A stretch of 63,694 bases of DNA, counting the filler, from Globobulimina sp. (Eukaryota): NCBI GenBank assembly GCA_003354225.1. It is 38 parts of 38 records of this genome, joined end to end, with 100 filler letters (N's around TTAATTAATTAA, not from the genome) between each part and the next. Parts side by side here need not be neighbours in the genome. Positions count along the whole stretch, not along the records: positions 10,080 to 11,658 come from PIVH01014565.1; positions 11,759 to 13,337 come from PIVH01014566.1; positions 13,438 to 15,016 come from PIVH01014567.1; positions 15,117 to 16,695 come from PIVH01014568.1; positions 16,796 to 18,374 come from PIVH01014569.1; positions 18,475 to 20,053 come from PIVH01014570.1; positions 20,154 to 21,732 come from PIVH01014571.1; positions 21,833 to 23,411 come from PIVH01014572.1; 30 more parts are not named here. One strand, written 5' to 3'. Positions 11,443-23,601 of the stretch are shown piece after piece; positions within the stretch are counted from its first letter, which is position 1; the number at the start of each line of letters is the position of its first letter. The notes under the pieces were generated by a model. It saw only the letters and a list, made by a program, of their open reading frames with translations. It made no database searches and was not told the DNA's origin. A program made the position numbers and the translations under genes.

Positions 11443-12264
11443 GATATAGTACAGAGAGCTAAGAGGGGAAAAATACTACAAAAACAGCTCAAAGTTACTC
11501 AAGTGCGAATTTGCGTAAACTAAAGTTACTCAAATAAGGCAAAAGTGCAAGGAGAAAACTAATTCTTTGTTCGAACAGAATTTTTTTTTGTTAATGTTTT
11601 TTTGTCATTAATTTTTTTTGTCATTCTTTTAAAAAAAAAAAAATTCCAGAAATTTCTGNNNNNNNNNNNNNNNNNNNNNNNNNNNNNNNNNNNNNNNNNN
11701 NNTTAATTAATTAANNNNNNNNNNNNNNNNNNNNNNNNNNNNNNNNNNNNNNNNNNNNGTGCCTTAGTAATGCCATTTGAAATAAAATGAATGTAATCTA
11801 GATGTTGAACAAGAAAGTCAAATATAATTTTTATTCTTAACAAAATTATATACAGCCAAACCTCCATAAATACATCTTCCATAACTGCATCACATCTACA
11901 TGTGCATTATTTTTTCGTCTATAAGCCATATGCTTTAAATAATAGTTTGAAAACTTTGGTTTTTGGATGATGCGTTTGTGGAGAGGCGACTGTATTCAAC
12001 AAAACAGAAAACTTTGGAATCAATCTAGAATGAGTTCATCAAAAAAAATATTCTTTTGTACCAATTCATGTATACTACATGGGGTTCACCCTAATACCTT
12101 AATTAATGGCTAGCTGGTCAACAAAATTTGTTGTTTCTTAGAAAGAATCATATTCTGATTCAATTGTTTTGTACCCATCATGGAAGTTAATAAGGTAATA
12201 ATTGGTTTTAGAATGAAGATTACCATGCCTCCCCCTCAAAAATAAATTATTATTTGATTATATC

Positions 12265-13167
12265 TTAAGGTATAACATTTTCGAATTTTATTTGTCGAAC
12301 ATTACCACTTTCTAGAGCTAGCATTGTAAACTTGCGTTCATATTCCAACATAGCCAAGACAACAATATTGACCGAGGCAACCTTGCTAAAGTGTATCATA
12401 AGTTCACAGTTTCCAGTCCCCATTTTTCCATAGCGAATTGAAGAAGCGTCATGGCCAGGACTGGTATCAAATGCATATATTGCATATCCACTGTCATATT
12501 CCTTAAAGTCTATAGGCCCAACCTGAAGATCACCTAAACCTTGCCCCAGTTCTTTAAACAGGCCATAATATGGTTGAGCATATATTTCTTTCGCATAATC
12601 CATTTTATACCCACCACCCATAGGTTTATCCGAAGAATTAACGCGAACAACCACATTGTCAATTTTAAAATTTCTAAATTTCAGACGGTTTGACTTCAAA
12701 TTACCTCCATATGCTGTTTCAGATACCAATGCAACGATAACCCTTTTCGGTAAAACCCCGTTTGCTATAGTTGTGGGCCCAAAGTAGCTGAGGTTTTTGT
12801 CATGAATCATGTGCAACATTTCTCTGTGTACATAGGGGTATATGGCTTTGGGGATAGTGGTTTGCTTAGGTCTGATTCTACCCACTTCGAGGTTGGCATC
12901 CACGATTTCAATAACATAATCTGGCAGCGCGGCTGGTGCCCCAGTTTTGTGAAATTTCAAGCATGATTGAGGATCATGCGGGGAAAAGGAAATGCCAATA
13001 TCAACACCATCTAGAATTGGTTTGCTGACTTTGAGGCAGTCTATCATCAATGGCCCCTTCATTTCTACCTCTTTTGATTTTTCCACTCTGTGTGCTCTCC
13101 AGTGAGCACCAGGGTTTAGCAAAGGATTGTTGGTGATGAATCGGTGCCAAGATAAGATGAATAACAA
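12265..13167 (-). CDS. Polinton/Maverick (adintovirus-like) double-jelly-roll major capsid protein, 5' incomplete
   Basis: SKEVEMKGPL..GVDI, LPKRVIVALV..AYGGNLKSNRLKF, Y..LFKELG..YDSGYAIYAFDTSP, GNCELMIHF match the Polinton MCP pattern. Confidence 0.8.
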   Translation of the reverse strand: MLFILSWHRFITNNPLLNPGAHWRAHRVEKSKEVEMKGPLMIDCLKVSKPILDGVDIGISFSPHDPQSCLKFHKTGAPAALPDYVIEIVDANLEVGRIRPKQTTIPKAIYPYVHREMLHMIHDKNLSYFGPTTIANGVLPKRVIVALVSETAYGGNLKSNRLKFRNFKIDNVVVRVNSSDKPMGGGYKMDYAKEIYAQPYYGLFKELGQGLGDLQVGPIDFKEYDSGYAIYAFDTSPGHDASSIRYGKMGTGNCELMIHFSKVASVNIVVLAMLEYERKFTMLALESGNVRQIKFENVIP

Positions 13168-13510
13168 ATGAATAAATCCTTTATCTTCTAATGCAACACC
13201 AAATCATTACTAAAGAAATAGTACACAATATCCTAAGCGAGACCAGACAAGAACTACCTTATTTTGCACGCTAGCCAAACCAGGACTTTAAATTACCTTG
13301 ATACAGAATAGAGCAAGCGTGCCGTAATTATCTCAGANNNNNNNNNNNNNNNNNNNNNNNNNNNNNNNNNNNNNNNNNNNNTTAATTAATTAANNNNNNN
13401 NNNNNNNNNNNNNNNNNNNNNNNNNNNNNNNNNNNNNGGGGGGGGGGGAGCGAGATCAAAAATGGTGTCTGCTGTTTTCAAACTAAGCCAAAAAAGTTTA
13501 TGTAAAAAGT

Positions 13511-13589
13511 GAAAAATGGTGGCTGCATGTTATTTGAAAAATGGTGGCTGCATGTTATTTGAAAAATGGTGGCTGCATGTTATTTGAAA
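13511..13589. repeat. 25-bp tandem repeat x3 (GAAAAATGGTGGCTGCATGTTATTT)
   Basis: Three identical adjacent copies, no spacers. Confidence 0.95.
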
Positions 13590-13741
13590 TTCTGGTACAC
13601 TCAAAATGAACTTGTGCTGTATCTTAAAGTGCAAGGATAAATATTAAATTTGCAAAATAACATGACTAGCCATGAAATAACATAAATCAAATAACATAAT
13701 TATATAAATATTTAACATAATAATTAATTATTTTGAGATTA

Positions 13742-14750
13742 TTACCTTTCATTTGTTGTTAATTGTAGTTGTGGCGGGGCGTCATGTCCTTTATCCACAA
13801 TCCGTCGTAAACATTCAGCACATGTATATCTACAAAATGAGTCTGCACATTTACAATATTTATCGTAGTACTTTCTTGCGAATGAATATTGCAAATATAA
13901 GCATAAAGCATTAATCATACAATCAATTGATGCAATCGGTGTTATTGGGCCGTGGCTGTGATATCCTGTCAACAATATAACTGATGTCATACTGCCAGAC
14001 AAAAGACTTGTAAATATTGCCAATGATAATAACGATACATAGCGTGATATTTGATCAATTATTTTTGTTTGATACCTATCCAATTTCTGTTTGTTTTCAT
14101 CTGTTGATGCTGTTCTTGACACTGTTAATTTGAATAAATTGTGCACAAATATTGCAATTACATAAATCGATAAAATAATGTACAAAACACCAGCAAAGAC
14201 AGACGAACAGAAGAATGCAATGCGAGCGCCTTAAATTGGTATATATGGATATAGAGCATAGACAGAGTTGCATGTACAATGTACGTACGGACATACCATT
14301 CATAGGATATGATAACCAGAATATTGACAATAAAAATAATATCACACAAAAAACATACACTACAGCGATGAATAATAATTTTGCTTGAGATATTTGATAA
14401 ATTGAATCGTTGAAAGCAAAATATAAACGTGCTATTAATATCGTCACCAATGTGATATACGATAAGTACAAGCATAAATATGCTAAAATTATTGTGACCG
14501 CTATTACATTCTCTGTTACTGCGCCAATCCAACAGAAAACATTTACTGCTGTCATGCAGATAATAAATATTAGTGATTCAATCAAACAAATAACAAACAA
14601 ATATTGGAACACTTTTTTTATTTTTCCATGCTTTTTGAATTGTATCAAACCACAAACTCCTATAATTATTATAACCGTCGCAGTGATGCTGTAGCAACAC
14701 GATGTAAATAACTGTCCCGTAGACGAGCTGCATTTGGCAAGCTTTGACAT
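13742..14750 (-). CDS. Seven-transmembrane GPCR-like protein; intron 14230-14296
   Basis: A GT-AG intron joins two listed ORFs in frame (YPMNG|ARIAFF..LYIILSIY); about seven hydrophobic segments. Confidence 0.65.
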
Positions 14751-14828
14751 TCCAAGCCAGGCAATTTGTGAGAGAGTAGCTAATTTGTGAGAGAGGAGGT
14801 GATAATTTCAACTTTCGCAGTGAACACG

Positions 14829-14997
14829 CACTGTAGTCACAACTATTGAGCTAATTTTAATTTTGGTGATCGGACTTCAACTTTTGGAGTTGATCACTCA
14901 CCACAATAAATTAGCTCGTGTCGATTTCCGCATCAGTGACAAAAGTTGAAATCCGATTACCAAAATTAAAATTAGCTCAATAGTTGTGACTGTAGTG
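14829..14997. mobile_element. MITE with ~58-bp TIRs and CACT(A/G) termini
   Basis: CACTGTAGTCACAACTATTGAGCTAATTTTAATTTTGG.. has a near-perfect reverse complement ending at 14997; no clear TSD. Confidence 0.75.
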
Positions 14998-15658
14998 TAT
15001 TGGGTCTAGTGCTATCNNNNNNNNNNNNNNNNNNNNNNNNNNNNNNNNNNNNNNNNNNNNTTAATTAATTAANNNNNNNNNNNNNNNNNNNNNNNNNNNN
15101 NNNNNNNNNNNNNNNNAAGTTGCAAAGTGATTACACATTCAAGCAATAATCAATAATTATTCTTGTCAATCGAACTTATCACTCCATATCTTCTTGTTTT
15201 AAGCATCAGCCATTAAAATCATATTTAAACCTCAACAATTCTCACGTTTCACATTTATGGGTAAGATTTGTTTCAAAACATGAACCATTTGTACAGACTT
15301 TTAATGAAATATGTAAATGTTTCTCAAAAGAAATGTGCACGTACATGAATTTTTTGATAATGGCAAGAAATTAGAAATACGTACGGCAAACGTCTGTCTT
15401 TGTACCAACTGTGCTGTAAATACCATTAATTTGCAAACACAATATGGACAAATAGAAACAATATACGGTCATATGAGAACGCTATACTGTCAGACAGAAA
15501 CAATATACGGTCAAATGGAAACAGTATTTGTAGACTTGTACATACAACAATATATTGTTTCAGTTGTACATACAACCTTGTTTTGATGAATTTACATAAA
15601 GAATGTGAAATCACAGATCGAGTTTAGCAATAAATATGTACTGTACATAATTAAAAAA

Positions 15659-16526
15659 TTACAACATCTCATCATATAATGCTAATAATTTTCGTTCAGC
15701 ATCAAGTGTAAGTAATATTTTATCCATAGTTTTCTCATCAACACCTAACAATTTTGCAATGTCGTATGCTGTTCCAATCTCATCTTCATGCAAACCATCA
15801 ATTGATGCCACTTCCATACCAGCCAAAAGTACACACGTTAAATGTGAATATTGTGTCTCCCTTCCTAGCAATTGACCCATTTTCACAAAGCATTCCTTTT
15901 CAGAAAACTCCTTCCATTTAACATCAATATCTACCATTTTATCATATTTTGCAATAATAGCATCGACATCGTCTCTTGGTGAACCAAATAAATCCTGAAT
16001 CTGTATAATTATAATATACAACTGTAGGTATTATAATATGTATACAACTGACAACGGTGTAGATTGCAGAACTAACTTTATATAAATTCTCCATTTCTGC
16101 ATCAGATAACACGCCGTCTCCCTTTGCAACGTGATATTCAAACACTATGCATAGTTCTTGAAATTCCGCTGAAATCTGTGGATATTGTTCAGCAATTTCA
16201 CCATAATCTGCATTTCCTCCAATATATGCTCTGTGTAGATAGCCAGGGACTATTCTGCTCTTTAAAGGTTGTGATAAATCAATGCCAAGCCTTTCGGAGA
16301 CGGTTTGTGAATATTCTGTCGCAAAAGAACCTATTCGACATTTATTGTGTAATAATATTGGTGACGCACAATAACAACCTCTTCCCTTTCGGACTCTTGC
16401 TGCAAATAATTTTTTATTTGAGTATGCTCTCGTGTTGAATCGTAATTTCTTAAAAATAACTACGTTTGAACACTTCTTGACAGCGTGGTGAGCAATACGT
16501 TGTGTTATTGTGATGAACAAACTCAT
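15659..16526 (-). CDS. TerB-like domain protein with a basic presequence-like N-terminus; intron 16001-16076
   Basis: VAKGDGVLSDAEMENL|IQDLFG and VASIDGLHEDE..IAKLLGV are the twin xDG..E motifs typical of TerB/DjlA-N. Confidence 0.6.
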
Positions 16527-16840
16527 CCTATTATTGATTTTGTTTTTGATTTTTTACTACAAAACACTATACTAACTGATGAGTGCTTCAAAACTTTAAG
16601 AAAGGCATTAGAGTTTTCCTATTGAACCTTGATTTTGCTCATGATCAACTTTTTTTAATCATTCGTGAATTGTTAGAGAAAAAGCTTAAGACAATNNNNN
16701 NNNNNNNNNNNNNNNNNNNNNNNNNNNNNNNNNNNNNNNTTAATTAATTAANNNNNNNNNNNNNNNNNNNNNNNNNNNNNNNNNNNNNNNNNNNNATTTT
16801 TAAAATCATGTTTTTTTAGAGTTAGAAAACATCTTGCATC

Positions 16841-17974
16841 ATGGGAGATTTTTCAGTACTAATTTGGTGCCTGGCAACACTCCTCATAATAACTCCGTGC
16901 ATTATTCAACCTATTATTGACATTTGCAAAAAAAAAGCACGAGAAAGGGCGAGAATTCGACATGTCGCCAGAATTAGAAATACAACACAAGATTTACACA
17001 ATTTCACTACAGACAGAGGCGTTGCAGATTTTTGTCTGCCGTTACAAGCAATACCCACAGCATTACAGAGAGAATTTATATTTTCGAGATATCATGCATT
17101 TGTAACGAGAATCCAGTTTATAGCATCACAAATTGCAATTGGTTTAATTTTTTATTCGTTTTCATATTCTGTATTCAGAAGAAATATCGACACTGAAAAT
17201 GCATTTATTTTTAACATTGTATTTCATGTGATTCAGTTTATTTCAATGCAAACGTTTTTAAAAATATCATTAAGTGATCCTGGCATTATTAGTAACAAAG
17301 GACATTACAAACGTAATTATAAACATTCATTTGAACCGATTATGATTGATCCCAATAATGCGCCGGCACCATTTTGTTGGCGTTGTAAATTCGTTCGACC
17401 AATGCGTTCAAAACATGATTATGATATCGATGCTTGTGTTGCTGTCTTTGATCATTACAGCCCAGCAATGGGAAATGCGATCGGTGCATATAATCATAGA
17501 TTTTTTATTTTGTTAAAAACATTGGATGTAACTGTATATATTATATGTATTTATATTATTATTGACCTATTCATTTATAACATTATAAATGCATATTCCA
17601 GCATACTTGGATGGATTGTAATAGTTTTAACGTTGTTGTATATTTTGTATTGTCTGCAGCCAACACTGGTTATATTGGTATATCATTTATATTTGGCAGC
17701 AACCAACCAGACAACGTGTGAAATAATTAAGCCACAAATAAATCAAGAAACTAATGAGTTTTTATAATTGTTGAGAGCGAATAGCGAGCAACATAGAGAA
17801 AGCAGAATGGCTCGGCACTATAGCTTTGACGAGGGATATTTGAGGAATTTGATTTTATTTTTAAAAGGATATGAAGAGAAAATAGAATGTTTTTATGGCT
17901 TTCACTGCGTAGTAGCAAGTTTGGATGATTTGGAATTGGACTTTGATGATTCAGAAACGCTCTTCAGGCAATAG
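16841..17974 (+). pseudogene. Degenerate DHHC palmitoyltransferase (DHYS) with an in-frame TAA at 17765
   Basis: SDPG, FCWRC..RPMRSKH..FDHYSP..NAIGAYNHRFF, NQTTCE; the frame continues after the TAA to FDEGYLRNL (PaCCT-like). Confidence 0.7.
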
Positions 17975-18481
17975 TTTTTGATTGTGTATATAATTGACAT
18001 TGTTGCTTATCAAAAAATCCGTTGATGAAGCAAAAATGGCTAATGTTACATATATTTTTATAACGTGTATCGCATTGACTTAACGATATTAAAAATTTCC
18101 GAGAAAAAAACTTAGTCATCAACAAACAGTTAAATTTAAATTTTCAAAAAAGTTTTATTTATACACAAAGCATTCAATAAAAAAATAATACAATTCAAAG
18201 TCATATACGTAGTCGCATTATAATTATCACTATAAATACATTTATCATTTGACCCTGCCCATTTTTGAGGTTTTGTTTGCTTTTGCCAGAGCTCTTTGTC
18301 TTGCTCTTTCTTTAAAGTACTCATCATCCGAATCATCACCATCCTCATCGTCATCCACTGGTTTTTCATCCGTTNNNNNNNNNNNNNNNNNNNNNNNNNN
18401 NNNNNNNNNNNNNNNNNNTTAATTAATTAANNNNNNNNNNNNNNNNNNNNNNNNNNNNNNNNNNNNNNNNNNNNTGTATTA

Positions 18482-19126
18482 GTGGATAACAATATTGTTT
18501 ATTTCAGCACTGAAATTGGCCGCATTATTGGATTAACGGAGAACGAAGGTATACAGATTTTTACTACGCCTGTGCTCCCAGATACTGTTCCTGTTAACTT
18601 GAGCATTACTGCTAACCACTTGTTTACAGATACCAGATTACGCAATTCAAGTGCAAGAGTTTGGGTTTCATATTATAAACAAACCGGCAGTCGATATCAA
18701 ATATTTCCAATCAGCTATGAAACTATATCAATCTATAGCTCTAAAGATGAGGATATTGCAACTATATTCTGTAATGGCAATATGTCTGGCAGTATTATAA
18801 GATTTGATGTTTATGGGAATTTTATTGAGGAAAACGTAGTAGTTAATAATCTCAAGATACATCGAACATTGAAAATTGATGAATCAAATTTTCTATTTTC
18901 CAACGACAATAAGATTTTTCATTTCAGTTGGCAAAATAGTTCCTTCTCTGAAATAGCAAGTATGACTGACAGTGTTCTGGATATGAAATTTGATCTTGTA
19001 AATAACCGATTATTTGTTGTAATGTCAAATAAAACAGAAATATATTCCTACCCCGGCCTGGTTAAAGGACTTACAATTGAATCACCATTTCTATTAAAAG
19101 GAGCTGAGTTAAAATTCGGGTATTGA
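18482..19126 (+). CDS. Bacterial hypothetical (beta-propeller-like) protein, 5' truncated
   Basis: Intronless, beta-rich, directly upstream of a bacterial-type aminotransferase. Confidence 0.45.
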   Translation: MDNNIVYFSTEIGRIIGLTENEGIQIFTTPVLPDTVPVNLSITANHLFTDTRLRNSSARVWVSYYKQTGSRYQIFPISYETISIYSSKDEDIATIFCNGNMSGSIIRFDVYGNFIEENVVVNNLKIHRTLKIDESNFLFSNDNKIFHFSWQNSSFSEIASMTDSVLDMKFDLVNNRLFVVMSNKTEIYSYPGLVKGLTIESPFLLKGAELKFGY

Positions 19127-19244
19127 TTTATGGCCAATAATTCATAATTTTGCCCCATCAATTTAAAAATATAATACACCGTTGCATTCTATTCTTTTTT
19201 AAGGTTGTCCATAATCTCAGAGTAGAATAAAAATCAAAATCAGA

Positions 19245-20000
19245 ATGAACAAATTAGAAGAACATTTTTCAAAATTCAGAAAAGATATTATTGGTGATCA
19301 ATTGGAGTTTGAAACTCCTTTTGGAAAAAAGAAGATGCTTTATGCAGATTGGATTGCAAGCGGTCGACTGTACAAACCAATTGAGGAAAAAATGGTCAAT
19401 ATCATTGGCCCTTATGTTGGTAACACTCACACTGAAACATCACACACGGGAACATTGATGACTAACGCATATCGTGCTGCTCAAAATATAATTAAGAATC
19501 ATGTCGGTGCAAATGATGATGATGTAATTCTAACTGCCGGAGCTGGTATGACAGCTGTTATCAATAAGCTTCAGCGTATTCTGGGCTTACGGAATTGTGC
19601 TTTTTTTATGGAAGAAAAACTATGCGTTCCAAGAGAAGAACGAACGGTTGTATTTCTTACACATATGGAACACCATTCCAACCACACATCATGGCTTGAA
19701 ACCATTGCCAAGGTTGTTATTCTTGAGCCTGATGCTGAAAATATGGTAAATACAGATGAGCTTATTAAGCAATTGGAAATACATAAAGACTACAAAGTAA
19801 AAATTGGATCATTCATAGGAGGCTCAAATGTAACCGGTGTAATCCCACCATATTATGAAATGGCTGAAATTATGCACCAGCATGGCGGTTTAGCAATGAT
19901 TGATTTTGCCGGATCAGCACCATATATGGATATAGATATGCAGCCCGAAAATCCTATGCAATACCTTGCCGCTATATTCTTCTCCCCACATAAATTGCTT
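19245..20000 (+). CDS. Bacterial (Bacteroidota-like) class V aminotransferase / cysteine desulfurase-like; 3' end chimeric
   Basis: YADWIASGRLY, GNTHTET, HMEHHSNHTSW, SNVTG, DFAGSAPY, FSPHK (PLP lysine); homology is lost after HKLLG. Confidence 0.85.
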
Positions 20001-20221
20001 GGTATTTCCATAACAGGGCTGGCAACTTCTTGTTCATCGCGCAATCGTCGGTCNNNNNNNNNNNNNNNNNNNNNNNNNNNNNNNNNNNNNNNNNNNNTTA
20101 ATTAATTAANNNNNNNNNNNNNNNNNNNNNNNNNNNNNNNNNNNNNNNNNNNNAAACAGCATAGCGTCATTATCACAATCGGCTAAATTATTTAACTTAA
20201 CATCACACAAATACCTATAAA

Positions 20222-21643
20222 ATGTCATTCTTCTTTGGACCAAATGGATTTAATCCAATGGGTGGCCAAGGCGGCGGTGATGAGTCTGAGGGCGAATCAG
20301 CAAATAACACCAAATATTATGAACTTTTAAGTGTTAAAAAAAATGCATCCCAACAAGAAATAAAAAAAAGTTACCGGAAACTAGCACGACAATTACATCC
20401 CGACAAACACCCGGAAGACCCAGAAAAATTCCAAATAAAATTCCAAGAATTACAAAAAGCATACGAAGTCTTAGGCGACCCAGAAAAGAAAAAATTATAT
20501 GATCGGTATGATAATTTATTTTTGTATTCTCATCCTTGCACTGCATGCAATCCCTAACCACAACCTGCAATCACCAGATATGGCGAAGCCGGCTTAAAAG
20601 GAGGTGGAATGGGCGGTGGCTCCGACATTTTCGACATGTTTTTTGGAGGCCATCGCCATGGCGGCGGCGGTGGAGGCGGCCGCGGGGGCGGCCGTCGCAC
20701 CAAAAAAGCGCCGGCAATCCGTGAATTTTTGGATGTGACTTTGGAAGACTTATACATTGGAAGTAGCCGCGTCATCTCCTACGAAAAGATGAAGATTTGC
20801 GATGGCTGCGGTGGCCGTGGCGGCAAAAAAGTGATTGAATGTGGCGAGTGTAACGGGAATGGCATCCAAGTGGTGATGAAGCGAATGGGTTATATGACGG
20901 TACAAACGCAGCGAGAGTGTCCTTATTGTAATGGCGAAGGGACCTCGATCCCCGAAAACAGCAAATGTCGTAAATGCAAAGGAAAGGGCTTACAGAAAAT
21001 CTTTAAGAAACACGATTTTATCATCCCTCGCGGCAGCAAACACGCGGAGAAGATCGTATTATCCGGCAAAGGGCACGAGATCCCCGATGCGGCCAATGGC
21101 GATTTGGTGATTGTACTACGATGTATTAAGCACGATTTGTATCAGCGCATTGGTGCGGATTTGGCCATGACGAAGAAAATCACATTGAAGCAAGCCTTGT
21201 GTGGCTATAATATATTAATTCCACATTTGAGTGGCTATAAATTGCGGTTGAAATCGTCGCCAGGTGAGATTGTGGAGCATGGACAGTTAAAAGCAGTGTA
21301 TTCCAAAGGAATGCCGCAAAAAGGCAGCAGTAACACTTATGGCCATTTGTATGTTAAATTGGAGATTATGTTTCCGGAGCAGTTAAGTTATGAGTTAAGC
21401 GAACAGATTGCAGTGTTGTTGCCGATGGGGAAGGATGAGATTGATCCGAATGAACCCGATCCGGAGCCGGAATATAAGGACGATATGGATCAAGATGAGG
21501 AGGAGTATGATCCGGAGGATTATATATTGCATGAAACTGCCGAGACTGTGCATGGTGAACCTAAAGTTACTCCCGCTTCGGCGCGGTCTGCCTACGATGA
21601 GGACGAAGATCAGGATGATGGCGTTCAATGCAAGCAAATGTAA
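20222..21643 (+). CDS. DNAJA: Type I Hsp40 co-chaperone, complete; intron 20506-20577
   Basis: J domain with HPD, G/F region, four CxxCxGxG repeats, C-terminal CaaX (CKQM). Confidence 0.95.
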
Positions 21644-22273
21644 TGTTTTTTGACTTTTGACTATGTGTTTTTTGATTTTTTTTTTTTTATTTTTTTTTTT
21701 TTCTTTTCCAAATGATTTGGATATGATGATCCNNNNNNNNNNNNNNNNNNNNNNNNNNNNNNNNNNNNNNNNNNNNTTAATTAATTAANNNNNNNNNNNN
21801 NNNNNNNNNNNNNNNNNNNNNNNNNNNNNNNNATATCAATATTGATTATTGATGGATTATATATATTCGCAGCCACAAGAATGTTAATGACACAACCAAA
21901 ATACAAAGAAATGTGTCAACATTTGAGTACAATGACTAGAATATAAATCAAGCGATGACATTTGTCGTTTTAATTTCTGTGAAGAAACAGCCAATGCTCG
22001 TTGTTGTTTTTCCAAAGTACTTTTTCATTTTCATTATCTTCTCTTACTACTGTGTGTTTTCGCGGCATGTCTTGAAGGTTTTTTCATACAAAAAAAGGGT
22101 ACATCAATTCGAAATCCTTAATATGTTGATCGCAAAGAAAAGTAAAACAAACCAAAAAAAGCAGCTGGAATTTAATTGAATAATATATATACTACAAAAA
22201 AAAAACACGACAGAACAAAACAAACAAAACAAAACAAACAACAAAAACAAGAAAATAGTTTAATTTTTTAATT

Positions 22274-23290
22274 TTAAAGAGCACCAAAAGCGCCGGCATT
22301 CATTTGTTTAGCAATCGTAGTAAATGTGGTTCCGAGTTCATTGCCAGACAACGCCGATAATAATGTTCCATTCCCAGCATTGCAAATGCCTTCGATGACA
22401 GGATTGCCTCTCTCCGAAATATTGCCTAACAAAATACAAAATAATTGGAACTTTTTGCCCAATTTATTGGATAAATCCGCCACAATATTTGACGACCCAT
22501 TGTCCGACGACTCGCCATCGGTTAAAAAGATCACCACCGAATCTTGCGAGTCGTCCACCAAATCCTTGGCGCCATTAAACGCCGCACCAAAGTTGGTCCC
22601 GCCAGTCGGCGTAAACTTCAATAAATAATTTGACACAAAATCCTTCTCCGCATTTTCCATCCTGGCCGCCACCGTGCAATGACCATTGAACATCAGCGCA
22701 GACACACAATCCACGCATCCTTTTTGTAAGCGCACATCTAAGAAATTATGGATGGCAGAGTACAATGCTCCCAATCGGTTGTTTAAGCGCGGCGCGTCGC
22801 GAATAAATGTAAACTGTGCCTGCGAGGCGCCACCATCGGTACTGTCCATACTGCCGGAAATGTCGCATAAAAAGATCACATGACAGTTACTGAACGGATG
22901 CTTGCAATTAAAGGTGTGCCCCGTCGGCGTATTCATCGGTTTATGCCACAGCGGCTCCACACAAAACTTCACCTCATCCTCCTCGCCATTCGCCGCTCGC
23001 TCCGTATGGATCTGGTGCTGGCAGACAAAGTTGCATTTATCGAACATTTTGCGGAACTTTTCCACGCAAGGATCGTTCCACTTTTTTCGGCGCCAAAACT
23101 TGCTGTGCTTCACCTCGTCTTTGGCCTTTTGCGGGTTCGGCATATACACTTTGGACTCATGCCGCCGCCCTTCTTCCTCCACGCATTTCCCCTCGGCATA
23201 CTCGCACATTTCCAAATGGATATGGCCGCGCCCCATACGCTCGCAAAAGATGTTGCACATTTCCGCCACGCCCGCATCGCCCTCCTCAAA
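22274..23290 (-). CDS. C-terminal exon of a Cys/His-rich + vWA domain protein
   Basis: Many C/H clusters, then VIFLCDISGSM (MIDAS DxSxS), GGTNF, FLTDG. Confidence 0.8.
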   Translation of the reverse strand, partial: FEEGDAGVAEMCNIFCERMGRGHIHLEMCEYAEGKCVEEEGRRHESKVYMPNPQKAKDEVKHSKFWRRKKWNDPCVEKFRKMFDKCNFVCQHQIHTERAANGEEDEVKFCVEPLWHKPMNTPTGHTFNCKHPFSNCHVIFLCDISGSMDSTDGGASQAQFTFIRDAPRLNNRLGALYSAIHNFLDVRLQKGCVDCVSALMFNGHCTVAARMENAEKDFVSNYLLKFTPTGGTNFGAAFNGAKDLVDDSQDSVVIFLTDGESSDNGSSNIVADLSNKLGKKFQLFCILLGNISERGNPVIEGICNAGNGTLLSALSGNELGTTFTTIAKQMNAGAFGAL

Positions 23291-23601
23291 GATATATTTT
23301 TTTTCTCGCTCAAAGATATTTTTTTAATGAGGTTATTAATCATAAATATCTCCGATAATAACACTTGTTGCAATAAATAGTTATGATTTAGAATATCATT
23401 CATCGTAATGTNNNNNNNNNNNNNNNNNNNNNNNNNNNNNNNNNNNNNNNNNNNNTTAATTAATTAANNNNNNNNNNNNNNNNNNNNNNNNNNNNNNNNN
23501 NNNNNNNNNNNGGGGTTTTTATATAAAAACCTTTTATTACTTTTTCTGTACAAGACAATTGTTGGCTCGTTATACATGGTTTTGCGATCCTACAGGAAAG
23601 A

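Noticed and set aside
9187-17767. Alternative genetic code suggested by in-frame TGA (9187) and TAA (17765)
   Set aside because: Isolated cases; TAA and TGA end intact genes at expected positions (CKQM-TAA, SKL-TAA, TMEM144-TGA)
18475-20053. Bacterial genes as HGT into the eukaryote
   Set aside because: Separate intronless contig with no trustworthy eukaryotic flank; associated bacterium or contaminant
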